From positions 15,239 to 79,238 of the forward strand of contig NZ_JBALWW010000006.1 of assembly GCF_036961105.1 (NCBI RefSeq): a stretch of 64,000 bases of DNA, given 5' to 3'. The notes under the pieces were generated by a model. It saw only the letters and a list, made by a program, of their open reading frames with translations. It made no database searches and was not told where the DNA came from. This stretch comes from Halopseudomonas sp. (GTDB lineage: Bacteria > Pseudomonadota > Gammaproteobacteria > Pseudomonadales > Pseudomonadaceae). The translations under genes were made by a program, and so were the position numbers. Below, piece after piece: positions 1 to 11,106 of this stretch (position 1 is its first letter; the number at the start of each line of letters is the position of its first letter).

Positions 1-285
1 ACAGGGTATTGCTCTCTCGCTTACCTGAAAAAGATGCCGATCGATAAGTTGAAGATTGATCAAAGTTTTGTGCGCGATATCACGCGTTCCAACCGAGATG
101 CGGCCATTGTAGACGTGATTCTTCAGTTGTCTAAACAGTTGGATCTGCGCTGCATCGCCGAAGGGGTGGAGACTCGTGAGGAGCTCACCTGGCTGCTGGA
201 AAAGGGTTGTGAAGTGGTTCAGGGATACTATTTTTACCGTCCCATGCCCCTGGCTGATTTCGAGCCCTTACTGAACATACAGTAA
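1..285 (+). CDS. EAL-domain (c-di-GMP phosphodiesterase-type) protein, 3' fragment; gene starts before the window
   Basis: Frame 1 is open from base 1: TGYCSLAYLKKMPIDKLKIDQSFV...IAEGVET...QGYYF, the canonical C-terminal EAL motifs. Confidence 0.9.
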   Translation, partial: TGYCSLAYLKKMPIDKLKIDQSFVRDITRSNRDAAIVDVILQLSKQLDLRCIAEGVETREELTWLLEKGCEVVQGYYFYRPMPLADFEPLLNIQ

Positions 286-456
286 AACGGCAGCTGTCTT
301 CTTGCCGTGTCCGGCACCTTGTTACCAGCCGCCTGCCGTGAAATGTGGGTGGCGGAACGTCCATCAAGCTGGTGATGACTTCCATTGCGTTAGCGATTAG
401 ACTATCCGGCTTTTACGAAATCACTAATTAATTTGTTCGTTCAACGAGGACTCTCC

Positions 457-1803
457 ATGCAAGTTTCGGTTGAAACCACCTCCGGCCTCGAGCGCCGCAT
501 GACCGTTGGCATTCCTGCCGATCGTATTGAAAACGAGGTCAATAAGCGTCTGCAGCAGACCGCTCAGCGCGCCAAGGTCGATGGTTTCCGTCCAGGCAAG
601 GTGCCGATGAGCGTCATCCGCAAGCGCTTTGGTGCTTCTGCTCATCAGGAAGTGATCGGTGAAGTGATCCAGTCTTCGTTTTACGAAGCCATCATGCAGG
701 AAAAGCTCAACCCGGCCGGTGCGCCGAGTGTTGAGCCAAAAGGCATGGAAGAAGGCAAGGGCTTTGAGTACATCGCCACCTTCGAGGTCTACCCGGAAGT
801 CGCCCTGGCCGACTTTTCCGGCATCAGCGTTGAGCGCCTCGAGTCTGAAGTGACCGACGCCGATCTGGACACCATGCTGGAAACTCTGCGCAAGCAGAAC
901 ACCCGTTTTGAAGCTGTAGAGCGCGCTGCGCAGAACGATGACCAATTGACCATCGACTTTGTTGGCAAGGTTGACGGTGAGGCCTTCCAGGGCGGCACTG
1001 CCAATGGCAGCAACATCGTGCTGGGTTCAGGCCGCATGATTCCCGGCTTTGAAGAAGGTCTGGTCGGCGCCAAGGCAGGCGACAGTCTGACGCTGAAGGT
1101 GACTTTCCCCGAGGATTATCAGAACCTGGATCTGGCCGGCAAGGCCGCCGAGTTCGACGTCACCGTGCAAGCGGTTGCAGCGCCCACATTGCCTGAACTG
1201 AACGATGAATTCTTCGCCCAGTTTGGTGTCAACGAAGGCGGTATCGAAGGTTTTCGCGCCGAAGTTCGCAAGAACATGGACCGTGAACTGAAGCAGGCGA
1301 TCAAGACCAAGGTCAAGGCCCAGGTCATGGACGGTCTGCTGGAAACCAATACCGTTGACGTGCCCAAGGCACTGGTGGCCAACGAGATTGATCGTCTGCG
1401 CGAGCAGGCTGTACAGCAGTTTGGCGGTGCCAACATCCAGGCCAGCCAATTGCCGGCAGAGCTGTTCGAAGAGCAAGCCAAGCGTCGCGTCAGCCTGGGC
1501 CTGATCGTGGCAGAAGTGGTCAAGCAGAATGACATCAAGCCGGACAACGATCGCGTCCGTGCCATGATCGAAGAGCTGGCCGCTGCCTACCAGGAGCCCG
1601 AGCAGGTCATCAACTGGTACTACCAGAATGAGCAACAGCTGGGCGAGATCCAGTCGGTTGTGCTGGAAGAACAAGTGGTGGATACTGTGCTGCAGAAGGC
1701 GCAGGTGACCGACAAGAAGGTCGCCTACGAAGAAGCCGTCAAGCCCGCGCAGCCTGCACAGGTTGAAGCCGGTGAGGCGGAAGAGAGCAGCGCAGACGAG
1801 TAA
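457..1803 (+). CDS. tig: Trigger factor
   Basis: [14 protein letters not shown] start, GFRPGKVP ribosome-binding motif, FKBP domain; RBS GAGGA before ATG 457; lies upstream of clpP. Confidence 0.98.
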   Translation: MQVSVETTSGLERRMTVGIPADRIENEVNKRLQQTAQRAKVDGFRPGKVPMSVIRKRFGASAHQEVIGEVIQSSFYEAIMQEKLNPAGAPSVEPKGMEEGKGFEYIATFEVYPEVALADFSGISVERLESEVTDADLDTMLETLRKQNTRFEAVERAAQNDDQLTIDFVGKVDGEAFQGGTANGSNIVLGSGRMIPGFEEGLVGAKAGDSLTLKVTFPEDYQNLDLAGKAAEFDVTVQAVAAPTLPELNDEFFAQFGVNEGGIEGFRAEVRKNMDRELKQAIKTKVKAQVMDGLLETNTVDVPKALVANEIDRLREQAVQQFGGANIQASQLPAELFEEQAKRRVSLGLIVAEVVKQNDIKPDNDRVRAMIEELAAAYQEPEQVINWYYQNEQQLGEIQSVVLEEQVVDTVLQKAQVTDKKVAYEEAVKPAQPAQVEAGEAEESSADE

Positions 1804-1824
1804 TCTCGTTGCCGTTTTTCGCTA

Positions 1825-1860
1825 ACGAGAGCCAGCCTTCGGGCTGGCTCTCGTGTTTTC
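1825..1860 (+). terminator. Hairpin after tig (13-bp stem, UUCG loop), possible terminator or processing site
   Basis: ACGAGAGCCAGCC-TTCG-GGCTGGCTCTCGT followed by GTTTTC. Confidence 0.6.
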
Positions 1861-1891
1861 GCGACACGCATACTTGGAGTGACAGGAATCC

Positions 1892-2533
1892 ATGACCCAT
1901 AACAGCTTTATGCAGTTTCCCCCGGACGTGCAGGCCGCCGGCGGTCTGGTACCAATGGTTGTCGAACAATCCGCCCGTGGTGAACGCTCCTACGACATCT
2001 ACTCGCGGCTGCTCAAAGAGCGCGTAATCTTCCTCGTGGGTCAGGTTGAAGATTACATGGCCAATCTGGTGGTGGCGCAGTTGCTGTTCCTTGAGTCGGA
2101 AAACCCCGACAAGGACATTCATCTGTACATCAACTCGCCTGGTGGCTCTGTCACGGCCGGTATGGCGATCTATGACACCATGCAGTTCATCAAGCCCAAC
2201 GTCAGCACCCTGTGCATCGGCCAGGCTTGCAGCATGGGTGCATTGCTGCTGGCCGGCGGAGCGCCGGGCAAGCGTTACTGCCTGCCGCACGCCCGCATGA
2301 TGATCCATCAGCCGCTGGGCGGTTTTCAGGGTCAGGCTTCGGATATCGAGATCCACGCGCGTGAAATTCTCTTTATTCGCGAACGTCTGAACAAGGTGCT
2401 GGCTGACCACACCGGCCAACCACTGGATGTGATTGCCCGTGACACCGATCGGGACCGCTTCATGAGCGGTACCGAAGCGGTTGAATACGGTCTGATCGAC
2501 AAGATGCTGGAATCGCGTCCAAGCGCCGAGTAA
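1892..2533 (+). CDS. clpP: ATP-dependent Clp protease proteolytic subunit
   Basis: [17 protein letters not shown], catalytic S (ACSMG), H (MIHQP) and D (DRD). Confidence 0.98.
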   Translation: MTHNSFMQFPPDVQAAGGLVPMVVEQSARGERSYDIYSRLLKERVIFLVGQVEDYMANLVVAQLLFLESENPDKDIHLYINSPGGSVTAGMAIYDTMQFIKPNVSTLCIGQACSMGALLLAGGAPGKRYCLPHARMMIHQPLGGFQGQASDIEIHAREILFIRERLNKVLADHTGQPLDVIARDTDRDRFMSGTEAVEYGLIDKMLESRPSAE

Positions 2534-2643
2534 CCATTTGTTTCACGCCGACCAACCCTGCGCTGACGCTTGTCGGCGCCGGGCACTGCCCTGGCGCTGT
2601 GCCTGTGTTGCGGGATTTGTCGGTGCATGTTGATCGGGTCGCA

Positions 2644-2670
2644 CTTGCAAAGTGGGCACAATGCCCCCAT
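2644..2670 (+). promoter_or_regulatory. Putative sigma32 (RpoH) promoter of clpX
   Basis: CTTGCA-N15-CCCCAT against consensus CTTGAA-N13-15-CCCCAT. Confidence 0.7.
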
Positions 2671-2708
2671 CTTTATATTCAAGAGCGATTCAAGAGTAGG
2701 GGTTTTCG

Positions 2709-3992
2709 ATGACCGATATGACTGGGAAGGGTGACGACAACGGCAAGCTGCTGTATTGCTCCTTCTGCGGCAAGAGCCAGCATGAAGTGCGCAAGCTGAT
2801 TGCCGGCCCCTCCGTGTTTATCTGCGATGAGTGCGTTGATCTGTGTAACGACATCATTCGCGAAGAAGTGCAGGAAAGTCAGGCCGAAAGCAACAATCAG
2901 AAGTTGCCGACGCCGGTAGAGATTTGCTCCATCCTCGACCAGTACGTGATTGGCCAGCAACGGGCCAAGAAAGTGCTTTCGGTAGCGGTATACAACCACT
3001 ACAAGCGGTTGAACCAGCGCCAGGGCAAAGACGAAGTCGAACTGGGCAAGAGCAACATTCTGCTGATCGGGCCTACCGGCTCGGGCAAGACGCTGCTCGC
3101 AGAAACCCTGGCACGCCTGCTGAATGTGCCTTTCACCATTGCCGACGCGACCACCCTCACCGAGGCGGGTTACGTGGGTGAGGATGTGGAAAACATCATT
3201 CAGAAGCTGCTGCAAAAGTGTGATTACGACGTAGAGAAAGCCCAGATGGGTATTGTCTACATCGACGAGATCGACAAGATTTCACGGAAATCCGACAACC
3301 CATCCATCACCCGCGACGTATCGGGTGAAGGCGTGCAGCAGGCACTGTTGAAGCTGATTGAAGGCACTGTTGCTTCGGTGCCGCCGCAGGGCGGTCGCAA
3401 GCATCCCCAGCAGGAGTTTCTGCAGGTGGATACGCGCAACATCCTGTTTATCTGTGGTGGCGCCTTTGCCGGCCTGGAGAAGGTCATCCGTGATCGTTCC
3501 GAGAAGAGCGGTATTGGCTTCAACGCTACGGTACGCAGCAAGGACGGCGGCAAGAAAGTGGGCGATACGCTGAAGGATGTCGAGCCGGACGATCTGGTGC
3601 GTTTTGGTCTGATTCCCGAGTTCGTCGGTCGTCTGCCGGTAATCGCCACGCTGAACGAGCTGGACGAGGATGCACTGATCCAGATCCTGACCGAGCCGAA
3701 GAACGCGCTCACCAAGCAGTATGCGCGCCTGTTCGATATGGAAGGGGTGGAGCTGGAGTTTCGTACCGACGCGCTCAAGGCGATTTCTTCACGCGCGCTG
3801 GAACGCAAGACCGGTGCCCGTGGCCTGCGCTCCATTCTGGAGAGCGTGCTGTTGGAGACCATGTACGAGATACCGTCGGCCGAGCACGTCAGCAAGGTGG
3901 TGATCGACGAGAACGTGATCAACGGCGAGTCCAAACCGCTGCTGATATACGAGACACCCGAGCAACCGCCCAAGGCGATGCCCGAAGACTGA
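2709..3992 (+). CDS. clpX: ATP-dependent Clp protease ATP-binding subunit
   Basis: C4 zinc finger CSFCGK...ICDECV, Walker [13 protein letters not shown] pore loop, IGF loop. Confidence 0.98.
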   Translation: MTDMTGKGDDNGKLLYCSFCGKSQHEVRKLIAGPSVFICDECVDLCNDIIREEVQESQAESNNQKLPTPVEICSILDQYVIGQQRAKKVLSVAVYNHYKRLNQRQGKDEVELGKSNILLIGPTGSGKTLLAETLARLLNVPFTIADATTLTEAGYVGEDVENIIQKLLQKCDYDVEKAQMGIVYIDEIDKISRKSDNPSITRDVSGEGVQQALLKLIEGTVASVPPQGGRKHPQQEFLQVDTRNILFICGGAFAGLEKVIRDRSEKSGIGFNATVRSKDGGKKVGDTLKDVEPDDLVRFGLIPEFVGRLPVIATLNELDEDALIQILTEPKNALTKQYARLFDMEGVELEFRTDALKAISSRALERKTGARGLRSILESVLLETMYEIPSAEHVSKVVIDENVINGESKPLLIYETPEQPPKAMPED

Positions 3993-4079
3993 GCTGCAAG
4001 CTGTTGACTGCGCCGCCATTTTGGCGGCGCAGTCGTTTTCGGAGCAGCAAAATGCGGCAATATTATTACGCTCTGCCTG

Positions 4080-4106
4080 CTTGTTTTTTCTTTCCCTAGC
4101 CCCCAT
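4080..4106 (+). promoter_or_regulatory. Putative sigma32 promoter of lon
   Basis: CTTGTT-N15-CCCCAT; the -35 match is weak, but lon is an established heat-shock gene. Confidence 0.55.
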
Positions 4107-4178
4107 CTTGAATTCAAGAACCTTTCATCTTTCGGCGCCGTTGTACCTTTCGCGCCCCTCAGCGAGTGAGCCTCAGCC

Positions 4179-6578
4179 ATGACGACTCTTAGCGAATTCC
4201 CGCTCCTGCCATTACGCGATGTGGTGGTCTATCCCCATATGGTCATTCCGCTGTTTGTCGGACGTGACAAATCCATTCAGGCATTAGAGCAGGCAATGTC
4301 GGGCGGCAAGCAGGTGTTGCTGATCGCCCAGCGCGACCCCGCCGAGGATGACCCGGCACGTGACGGCCTTTACGACATGGGCACCCTGGCCACCATATTG
4401 CAGCTGCTGAAGCTGCCCGATGGCACCGTCAAGGTGCTGGTCGAGGGCGAGCAGCGCGCACGTATCGACTCGATTGACGAGGTGGATGGTTATCAGTCGG
4501 CCGAAGTCGAATTGCTCGACGAAAGCGCACTGGACGAGCGTGAGGCAGAAGTACTCACGCGCAGCCTGATGAGCCAGTTCGAACAGTTTGTGCAGTTGGG
4601 TAAGAAAGTGCCTTCCGAGGTGGTGTCATCGCTCTCCAGTATTGACCAGCCGGGCCGTCTGGTAGACACCATGGCCGCGCACTTGTCGCTGAAGCTGGAA
4701 GACAAGCAGACGATTCTCGAGATATTGCCGCTGCGCGAGCGGGTCGAGCATGTGCTCGGTGTGCTGGACGGTGAAATAGACCTGCTGCAGGTAGAGAAGC
4801 GCATCCGCGGACGCGTCAAGAAGCAGATGGAGCGTAGTCAGCGCGAGTACTACCTTAACGAGCAGATGAAGGCCATCCAGAAGGAGATGGGCAATCTGGA
4901 TGAAGGTCATAGTGAATTTGACGATCTGCGCAAGAAGATTGACGAGGCGGGCCTCTCGGAAGAAGCCCTGACCAAGGCCAACGCCGAATTCAACAAGCTG
5001 AAGATGATGTCGCCCATGTCGGCCGAGGCCACCGTGGTGCGCTCCTACATCGACTGGCTGACGGCCGTGCCCTGGAAAAAATCCAGCAAGGTGCGTCACG
5101 ACATCGATCGGGCGGAGAAGGTGCTGGAGGCCGACCACTACGGCCTGGAAGAGGTCAAGGAGCGGATCCTCGAGTACCTCGCGGTACAGAAGCGGGTACG
5201 CAAGCTGAAGGGCCCTGTGCTTTGTCTGGTGGGGCCTCCGGGCGTGGGTAAAACTTCCTTGGGCGAGTCTCTGGCGCGCGCGACCAACCGCGAGTTCGTG
5301 CGCATGGCGCTGGGCGGCGTGCGTGACGAAGCCGAAATTCGCGGTCACCGGCGAACCTACATCGGCTCCTTGCCGGGCAAGTTGATTCAGAAGATGACCA
5401 AGGCCGGGGTTAAAAACCCTTTGTTCCTGCTCGATGAGATCGACAAGATGGGGCAGGACATGCGCGGTGATCCTTCTTCCGCTCTGCTGGAAGTGCTGGA
5501 TCCCGAGCAGAATCATGCCTTCAACGACCATTACCTGGAAGTGGATTACGATCTTTCGGACGTCATGTTCATCTGCACCTCCAACTCGATGAATATTCCG
5601 GCGCCGCTGCTTGATCGCATGGAGATCATCCGTATTCCGGGTTACACCGAAGACGAGAAGATCAACATCGCACAGCGGTATCTGGTGCCCAAGCAGGTCA
5701 AGAACAATGGCTTGAAAAAGGATGAGTTGACCTTCAGCGAAGAGTCGCTGCGCGATCTGGTGCGCTACTACACCCGCGAGGCGGGCGTGCGGGGGCTGGA
5801 GCGTCAGATTGCCAAAGTGTGCCGCAAGGTGGTGAAAGAGCAGTCCGGGGAGCGCAAGCCCAAGCCGGTCGCGCTGGATGAAAATCTGCTTGAACATTAC
5901 CTCGGTGTGCGCAAGTTCAAGTACGGTCTGGCCGAGGAGGCTGACCAGGTCGGTCAGGTCACGGGCCTGGCCTGGACCCAGGTTGGTGGTGAGCTGCTGA
6001 GCCTCGAAGCCGTGGTAGTACCCGGCAAGGGAAGGCAGATCAAAACCGGCTCGCTGGGTGACGTCATGCAGGAGTCGATCAGCGCCGCGCTGACGGTGGT
6101 TCGCAGTCGCGCCGCCAGCCTGGGGATCAAGGCAGACTTCCATGAAAACAACGACATACACATCCATGTTCCAGAAGGTGCGACGCCCAAGGACGGTCCC
6201 AGCGCAGGCATCGGCATGTGCACTGCGCTGGTCTCTTCGCTGACCAAAATCCCGGTGCGGGCGGACGTTGCCATGACCGGTGAAATCACCCTGCGCGGTC
6301 AGGTGTTGCCCATAGGCGGGCTGAAAGAGAAGCTCCTGGCTGCTCACCGCGGCGGCATCAAAACCGTCATCATTCCGCATGACAATGTGCGCGATCTGAA
6401 GGAAATTCCCGACCGGATCAAACAGGATATTGACGTCAAACCTGTGAAATGGATTGACGAGGTGTTGCAGATTGCGCTGCAATACATGCCGGAGCCCTTG
6501 AAAGAAGGGGTTGAAGAGATGGTTGCAAAGGATGACAATCGCGAGACTGATGAGAAGGGACGCATCAGTACTCACTGA
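4179..6578 (+). CDS. lon: Lon protease
   Basis: [12 protein letters not shown]-domain, GPPGVGKT Walker A, PKDGPSAG catalytic Ser, GGLKEK catalytic Lys. Confidence 0.98.
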   Translation: MTTLSEFPLLPLRDVVVYPHMVIPLFVGRDKSIQALEQAMSGGKQVLLIAQRDPAEDDPARDGLYDMGTLATILQLLKLPDGTVKVLVEGEQRARIDSIDEVDGYQSAEVELLDESALDEREAEVLTRSLMSQFEQFVQLGKKVPSEVVSSLSSIDQPGRLVDTMAAHLSLKLEDKQTILEILPLRERVEHVLGVLDGEIDLLQVEKRIRGRVKKQMERSQREYYLNEQMKAIQKEMGNLDEGHSEFDDLRKKIDEAGLSEEALTKANAEFNKLKMMSPMSAEATVVRSYIDWLTAVPWKKSSKVRHDIDRAEKVLEADHYGLEEVKERILEYLAVQKRVRKLKGPVLCLVGPPGVGKTSLGESLARATNREFVRMALGGVRDEAEIRGHRRTYIGSLPGKLIQKMTKAGVKNPLFLLDEIDKMGQDMRGDPSSALLEVLDPEQNHAFNDHYLEVDYDLSDVMFICTSNSMNIPAPLLDRMEIIRIPGYTEDEKINIAQRYLVPKQVKNNGLKKDELTFSEESLRDLVRYYTREAGVRGLERQIAKVCRKVVKEQSGERKPKPVALDENLLEHYLGVRKFKYGLAEEADQVGQVTGLAWTQVGGELLSLEAVVVPGKGRQIKTGSLGDVMQESISAALTVVRSRAASLGIKADFHENNDIHIHVPEGATPKDGPSAGIGMCTALVSSLTKIPVRADVAMTGEITLRGQVLPIGGLKEKLLAAHRGGIKTVIIPHDNVRDLKEIPDRIKQDIDVKPVKWIDEVLQIALQYMPEPLKEGVEEMVAKDDNRETDEKGRISTH

Positions 6579-6658
6579 GTCGATCAGGTCCGGTGAGTGA
6601 AGTACCCTCCAGCGAGAGAGTGTTTTGCTAACCGGTCCGGGATTACCTCAGGCATTCC

Positions 6659-6688
6659 TTGACACGGTTTTTGACCGCTTGCTATAAA
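6659..6688 (+). promoter_or_regulatory. Putative sigma70 promoter of hupB
   Basis: TTGACA-N18-TATAAA. Confidence 0.7.
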
Positions 6689-6792
6689 GCGTGCTTCGAC
6701 CTAAGCAGGTATGCTGACTGGCCACAGCTTTGCTAAGACCACAAGCTTACATAATGACTAACAACTCATTGAATTAAATAAGGGGACTTAGA

Positions 6793-7065
6793 GTGAACAA
6801 GTCTGAACTGATTGATGCTATCGCCGCATCCGCCGATATTCCTAAAGCTGCTGCCGGTCGTGCTCTTGACGCCGTCATCGAGTCCGTAACTGGTGCACTG
6901 AAGGATGGTGATTCGGTCGTATTGGTAGGATTTGGTACATTCGCTGTTAAGGAGCGTGCTGCGCGCACTGGCCGTAACCCGCAGACTGGCCAGCCGATCG
7001 AAATCAGCGCTGCCAAGATTCCTGGTTTCAAAGCAGGTAAGGCACTCAAGGACGCTGTGAACTGA
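6793..7065 (+). CDS. hupB: DNA-binding protein HU-beta
   Basis: [11 protein letters not shown]...GFGTF...RTGRNPQTG; GTG start; located after lon. Confidence 0.97.
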   Translation: MNKSELIDAIAASADIPKAAAGRALDAVIESVTGALKDGDSVVLVGFGTFAVKERAARTGRNPQTGQPIEISAAKIPGFKAGKALKDAVN

Positions 7066-7186
7066 TTGCGTCCCTGATCTGATGTGACATGCCGGCGTTC
7101 AGTGCGACGGCATGCTACGGAGCCGCTCAGGACGCCACAGGCCGCTTGGCCGACAACGTCACCCAGATGGCTCCGTCAGTTACCAG

Positions 7187-7216
7187 AAAGGCGCATCTAC
7201 AGGATGCGCCTTTTTT
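7187..7216 (+). terminator. Intrinsic terminator of the hupB transcript
   Basis: AAAGGCGCATC-TACAG-GATGCGCCTTT plus T-tract. Confidence 0.8.
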
Positions 7217-7302
7217 GTTGGAAGTAGAGAAAGGTTGCTCAAGGCTTGAGCGGCAAGAACCCGAGGCGAGGCGTTTCGGGTTAAACAGAATTCGGGGGCA
7301 TG

Positions 7303-9201
7303 ATGCTGCAAAACATGAGGGACAATGCGCAAAGCTGGGTCGCCAAGGTGATCGTTGGCGTCATTGTGCTGATCTTCGCTTTGACTGGCTGGGAATCCAT
7401 CAGCCGTTTTTCCAGCGACGCCGAAAAGGCGGCGGAAGTGAACGGTGAGGTAATCTCCAAGCTGGAACTGGAGCAGGCTGTAGCATTGCAGCGCCGCCAA
7501 CTGATTCAGCAGTTGCAGCAGATGGGCAACAACAGTTTTGACCCGAGCATGATTGATGAGCGCTTTCTGCGCACAAGCGTGCTTGACGGTCTCATCGAGC
7601 GCTCTGTGCTCCTGCAGGGAGCCAAGGACGCTGGTTTTGACGTCTCCGAGCAGATGATTGACCAGCTCATTCTGTCCACCCCGGATTTCCAGGTAGACGG
7701 CAAGTTCGACAGCAATCGCTTCGATATCGTTATCCGCAACATGGGCATGCCCTCGCGTATGGCCTTCCGTGATCTGCTGCGTCAGCAGTTGCTGATCACC
7801 CAGTACCGTAACGGTTATGAAGCCACGGCCTTTGCCACGCCCATGGAGCGTCAGCAGCTGGTTGAGCTGGAAAACCAGACCCGCGACTTTTCGGTCATCG
7901 ACGTGCCGGTGGGTGATGCCTCTGCAGTCGAAGTATCGGCCGACGAAATTCAGGATTATTACACCGCCAACGCCCAGCAGTTCATGACCCCGGAGCAGGT
8001 GGTACTGGAAACTCTGACCCTCTCGCGAGCTGATTTCTTTGATCGAGTGGATGTCAGTGAAGAGGCGGTAAACGAGCTGTACCAGCGCGAAATCGGCAAC
8101 CTGGCCGAGCAGCGCCGCGCATCTCACATTCTGGTTGAAGTGCCTGACGAGGCAGACGAAGCAGACGCCAAGGCGAGCATAGAAGCAGCGGCAGCGCGCA
8201 TCGCAGCGGGCGAGGATTTCGCTACCGTGGCCGCCGATGTATCGGACGACAGTGGCAGCGCGCGCGAAGGTGGTGATCTGGGTTATGTGGTCAAGGGTAG
8301 CTTTGATCAGGCCTTTGATGACGCGCTCTTTGCATTGCAGGAAGGCGAAGTCTCTGCGCCTGTGCGTACCAGCTATGGTTATCACCTGATCAAACTGACC
8401 AACCTCAAGGCGCCGGAAGTTCCGACGCTGGACTCCATGCGCGAGCAGTTGGTGCAGGAGTTGAAGTCCGAACAGGTGGAGCGCGCCTTTGTGGATGCTT
8501 CGCAGGAGCTGGCCAACCTGGCGCACGAGGCGTCGGACCTGGCAGAGCCGGCCGCCGCGCTTGGTCTGGAGATTGAAACCCTGGGGCCGGTGGAGCGTCT
8601 GGGCGGTGAAGGTCTGGCGAGTAACCCCAAGGTAATGAACGCGGCATTCAGCGACGATGTGCTGAAGAACGGGTTCAACAGTGAATTGCTGGAGCTGGAT
8701 GCCGATACCGTAGTGGTGGTTCGCGTCAAGGAGCACCTGAAGCCCGAGCAGCGCCCGCTGGAAGCGGTCGAGCAGGAAATCAGGGAGTTGCTGGCGTACG
8801 ACAAGGCCGAGCAGGCCGCTGCGGATAAGGTAGAGCAATATATTGCTGGTTTGCGCTCGGGTGAACTGACTGCTGAGGCTCTGGCAGAGGAGCAGGGCAG
8901 CGAGTGGCAGCAATACGAAGCAGTGGGGCGGTCTTCCAGCGAGATTCCCACGCCGTTGCTGCGCAGCATATTCGGCTTGCCCAAGCCCACTGCAGAGCAG
9001 GCTGTCTATGCGCGTGTGAATCAGCCTGCAGGCGGCTTCTGGCTGGTAGCGTTGCGCGGGGTGGCCACAGCTGAAGATGTGCAAGTAGAAGATGGGCCCG
9101 CGTCACAGTATCAGCAGTTCATCGCCGGTCAGTCTGGCCAGCAGGATTTCAGCGCCGCGCAGGAGCAATTGCGCACGGAAGCGGAAATCGAACGCTTCTA
9201 A
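7303..9201 (+). CDS. ppiD: Periplasmic chaperone / parvulin PPIase PpiD
   Basis: MLQNMRD N-terminal membrane anchor, SurA-like domain, rotamase motif ASHILV...GGDLG; located after hupB. Start is 7300 or 7303. Confidence 0.95.
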   Translation: MLQNMRDNAQSWVAKVIVGVIVLIFALTGWESISRFSSDAEKAAEVNGEVISKLELEQAVALQRRQLIQQLQQMGNNSFDPSMIDERFLRTSVLDGLIERSVLLQGAKDAGFDVSEQMIDQLILSTPDFQVDGKFDSNRFDIVIRNMGMPSRMAFRDLLRQQLLITQYRNGYEATAFATPMERQQLVELENQTRDFSVIDVPVGDASAVEVSADEIQDYYTANAQQFMTPEQVVLETLTLSRADFFDRVDVSEEAVNELYQREIGNLAEQRRASHILVEVPDEADEADAKASIEAAAARIAAGEDFATVAADVSDDSGSAREGGDLGYVVKGSFDQAFDDALFALQEGEVSAPVRTSYGYHLIKLTNLKAPEVPTLDSMREQLVQELKSEQVERAFVDASQELANLAHEASDLAEPAAALGLEIETLGPVERLGGEGLASNPKVMNAAFSDDVLKNGFNSELLELDADTVVVVRVKEHLKPEQRPLEAVEQEIRELLAYDKAEQAAADKVEQYIAGLRSGELTAEALAEEQGSEWQQYEAVGRSSSEIPTPLLRSIFGLPKPTAEQAVYARVNQPAGGFWLVALRGVATAEDVQVEDGPASQYQQFIAGQSGQQDFSAAQEQLRTEAEIERF

Positions 9202-9222
9202 GGCGGTGAGGCAGTAAACAGG

Positions 9223-9244
9223 AAGGCGCTTCGGCGCCTTTTTT
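9223..9244 (+). terminator. Intrinsic terminator after ppiD
   Basis: AAGGCGC-TTCG-GCGCCTT-TTTT. Confidence 0.8.
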
Positions 9245-9260
9245 GTTGCCTGCAGACGAT

Positions 9261-9348
9261 AAGCGGCAAGCGGCAAGCGGCAAGCGACAAGCTACAAGCT
9301 AAAGGCAAGGGCAAGGGCAAGGGCAAGGGCAAGGGCAAGGGCAAGGGC
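9261..9348. repeat. Compound tandem repeat: AAGCGGC-type heptamers followed by (AAGGGC)7
   Basis: AAGCGGC x3, then AAGCGAC, AAGCTAC, AAGCTAA (9261-9302), then seven exact AAGGGC units (9307-9348). Confidence 0.95.
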
Positions 9349-9380
9349 AGAATAAGCTAGAGGGCTATTCGGTTAGCGGT

Positions 9381-9409
9381 AAAAAAATGCGGTGACGAAC
9401 GTCACCGCA
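9381..9409 (-). terminator. Intrinsic terminator of the porin gene
   Basis: TGCGGTGAC-GAAC-GTCACCGCA with A7 on its left, which reads as a U-tract on the minus strand. Confidence 0.8.
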
Positions 9410-9458
9410 AAATACGACCGGCTTCTTGTTGGGTGGCTTGAAGCCGTTCGGGAGCAAC

Positions 9459-10694
9459 TTATTTCAGGGCAAAGGAATAGCTCATGATCAAGCGGTTCTC
9501 GTCGATGTCGCGAGTGGCGTTCGAGCGCACGGTGGCATTGCGCCAGCGCAGTGCGAGGTTTTTCAGCGGGCCGCTTTGCAGCGTATAGCTGACATCGATA
9601 TCGCGTTCCCACTCCTTGCCTTCGGTTGCGCCAACGCTGAAGTTGTCCCCGCTTACGTAACGGGTGAAGGCACTGAGACCCGGCACGCCAAGTGAGGCAA
9701 AGTTGATGTCGTAGCGCGCTTGCCAGGATTTCTCATCGGCACGGGTGAAATCCAGAATCTGCACGTAGTTGGCGATATAGGGATCGGTCTCGGCCAGATA
9801 CGGGAAGGCGGTATCGCCATCGCTATGCTGATAACCCAGGCGCAAGGTATGCGCACCGGTTGCAGCCGACAGCAGCAGCGATTTCATCTGGTGATCGATG
9901 TCCAGTGCTTGATTGCCGCTGTCGCCGGTATCGAAGTAGGCCAGATTGGCGCCGAGCGTCCAGTCGCCGATTGGCTGGCTGTGAACCAGATTGAGCAAGG
10001 TCTGCTCATACACGTCTGTCAGTTCCGCGCCCCACAGGCCGACCTTGGTTCGCTTGTCGTTGAAGCTGTAGTCGCCGCCCAGGTAGTTGAACCTGTCCGA
10101 GCTGCCGCCCAGGGTGGCGCGAATATCTTCAGAGTTGGTGCTGTTGCGGTAATTCACTTCGCGCAACTGGCCGCCTTGCACGTCGAGATTGTCGATTTCA
10201 TTCATTGCCACGCTGGCGCCGGTGAATTCCTGCGGTAGCAGGCGCAGGTCCCCGGACGAGGCGATGGGTAGCTTGGGCATCAGGCCGCCGACCTTGAGTA
10301 CGCTTCTGGAGAGTCGCACCTTGGCCGCAGCGGTGGCTTCGCTATAGCTGCCAGGGCCTTCATTGCCATAACTGTTGGGCAGCAGGCCGGTGCCGGCACG
10401 TTCGTCTGCAGAGTCCAGTTTCACGCCGAGCCCGGCGTATACATCCAGACCGAAACCGATAAAGCCCTCGGTAAAGCCGGATTCGGCCTTGAAGATAAAG
10501 CCCTGGGCCCATTCCTCGGCCTTTGACTGCGCGCCGGGGTCACGAAAATCGCGATTGAAGTAGAAGTTGCGTAATTCCAGTTTGGCCGTGGCGTCGTCGC
10601 TGAATCCGGCAGCCTGGACACTGCCTGCCAGGACGGTACCCAGCGCAACGGCAATGGCGCCTGCCAGCAGGGTGTGGGTTGTCACATGCTTCAT
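9459..10694 (-). CDS. OprD/Occ family outer-membrane porin
   Basis: Signal peptide, LELRNFYFNRDFR, EEWAQGF, SGFTEG.IGFGLD, C-terminal DENRLIMSYSFAL; RBS AGGAG before ATG 10694. Confidence 0.93.
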   Translation of the reverse strand: MKHVTTHTLLAGAIAVALGTVLAGSVQAAGFSDDATAKLELRNFYFNRDFRDPGAQSKAEEWAQGFIFKAESGFTEGFIGFGLDVYAGLGVKLDSADERAGTGLLPNSYGNEGPGSYSEATAAAKVRLSRSVLKVGGLMPKLPIASSGDLRLLPQEFTGASVAMNEIDNLDVQGGQLREVNYRNSTNSEDIRATLGGSSDRFNYLGGDYSFNDKRTKVGLWGAELTDVYEQTLLNLVHSQPIGDWTLGANLAYFDTGDSGNQALDIDHQMKSLLLSAATGAHTLRLGYQHSDGDTAFPYLAETDPYIANYVQILDFTRADEKSWQARYDINFASLGVPGLSAFTRYVSGDNFSVGATEGKEWERDIDVSYTLQSGPLKNLALRWRNATVRSNATRDIDENRLIMSYSFALK

Positions 10695-11106
10695 TGTTGT
10701 TCTCCTGATGTGAGTCGGTGCGCTGCGTTGGCGCAGAGTCAATAAAGCATGAGAGCTGAAGGTGGGCCTTACGACGATAGTATTAACGTCATCAAAGTGT
10801 CATTGCAGCTCAAGCAGCCCTGGAGGGCCGGAGGCTCGTTCTTGACGGCTCGGTGCATGCTGTTGCTGTTGTTGGCGAGGCAGGTGGGGCGGCTCGTACT
10901 TTAGTCTAGTGCCGGTTGAACAGCGGCTCGAAGGAAGCTGACGCAGGCCTGGTTGGTACTCGTGACGACCCTGGCAAGGTCTAACATCGCGTAGCCTTCG
11001 GTCGTTCGTTTTTGACAGCAGCGGCGGCCTTCGGCAGAGTACGCGACCTTCGGGATTGCTGCGCAAGCGTGCAGACAATCGAGCCTTGGTCTGTTGGAGA
11101 GCGTGA

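Noticed and set aside
286-456. tRNA cluster often found upstream of tig in pseudomonads
   Set aside because: No cloverleaf or T-loop motif is present in this gap.
4626-6575. Long antisense ORFs (649 aa opposite lon; 633 aa opposite ppiD; 747 aa opposite pepN; 547 aa opposite fadH; others)
   Set aside because: They shadow well-supported genes, have no motifs or RBS, and are expected from GC-rich codon bias.
9261-9348. Repeat array as a CRISPR candidate
   Set aside because: Units are 6-7 bp with no spacers, and no cas genes are present.
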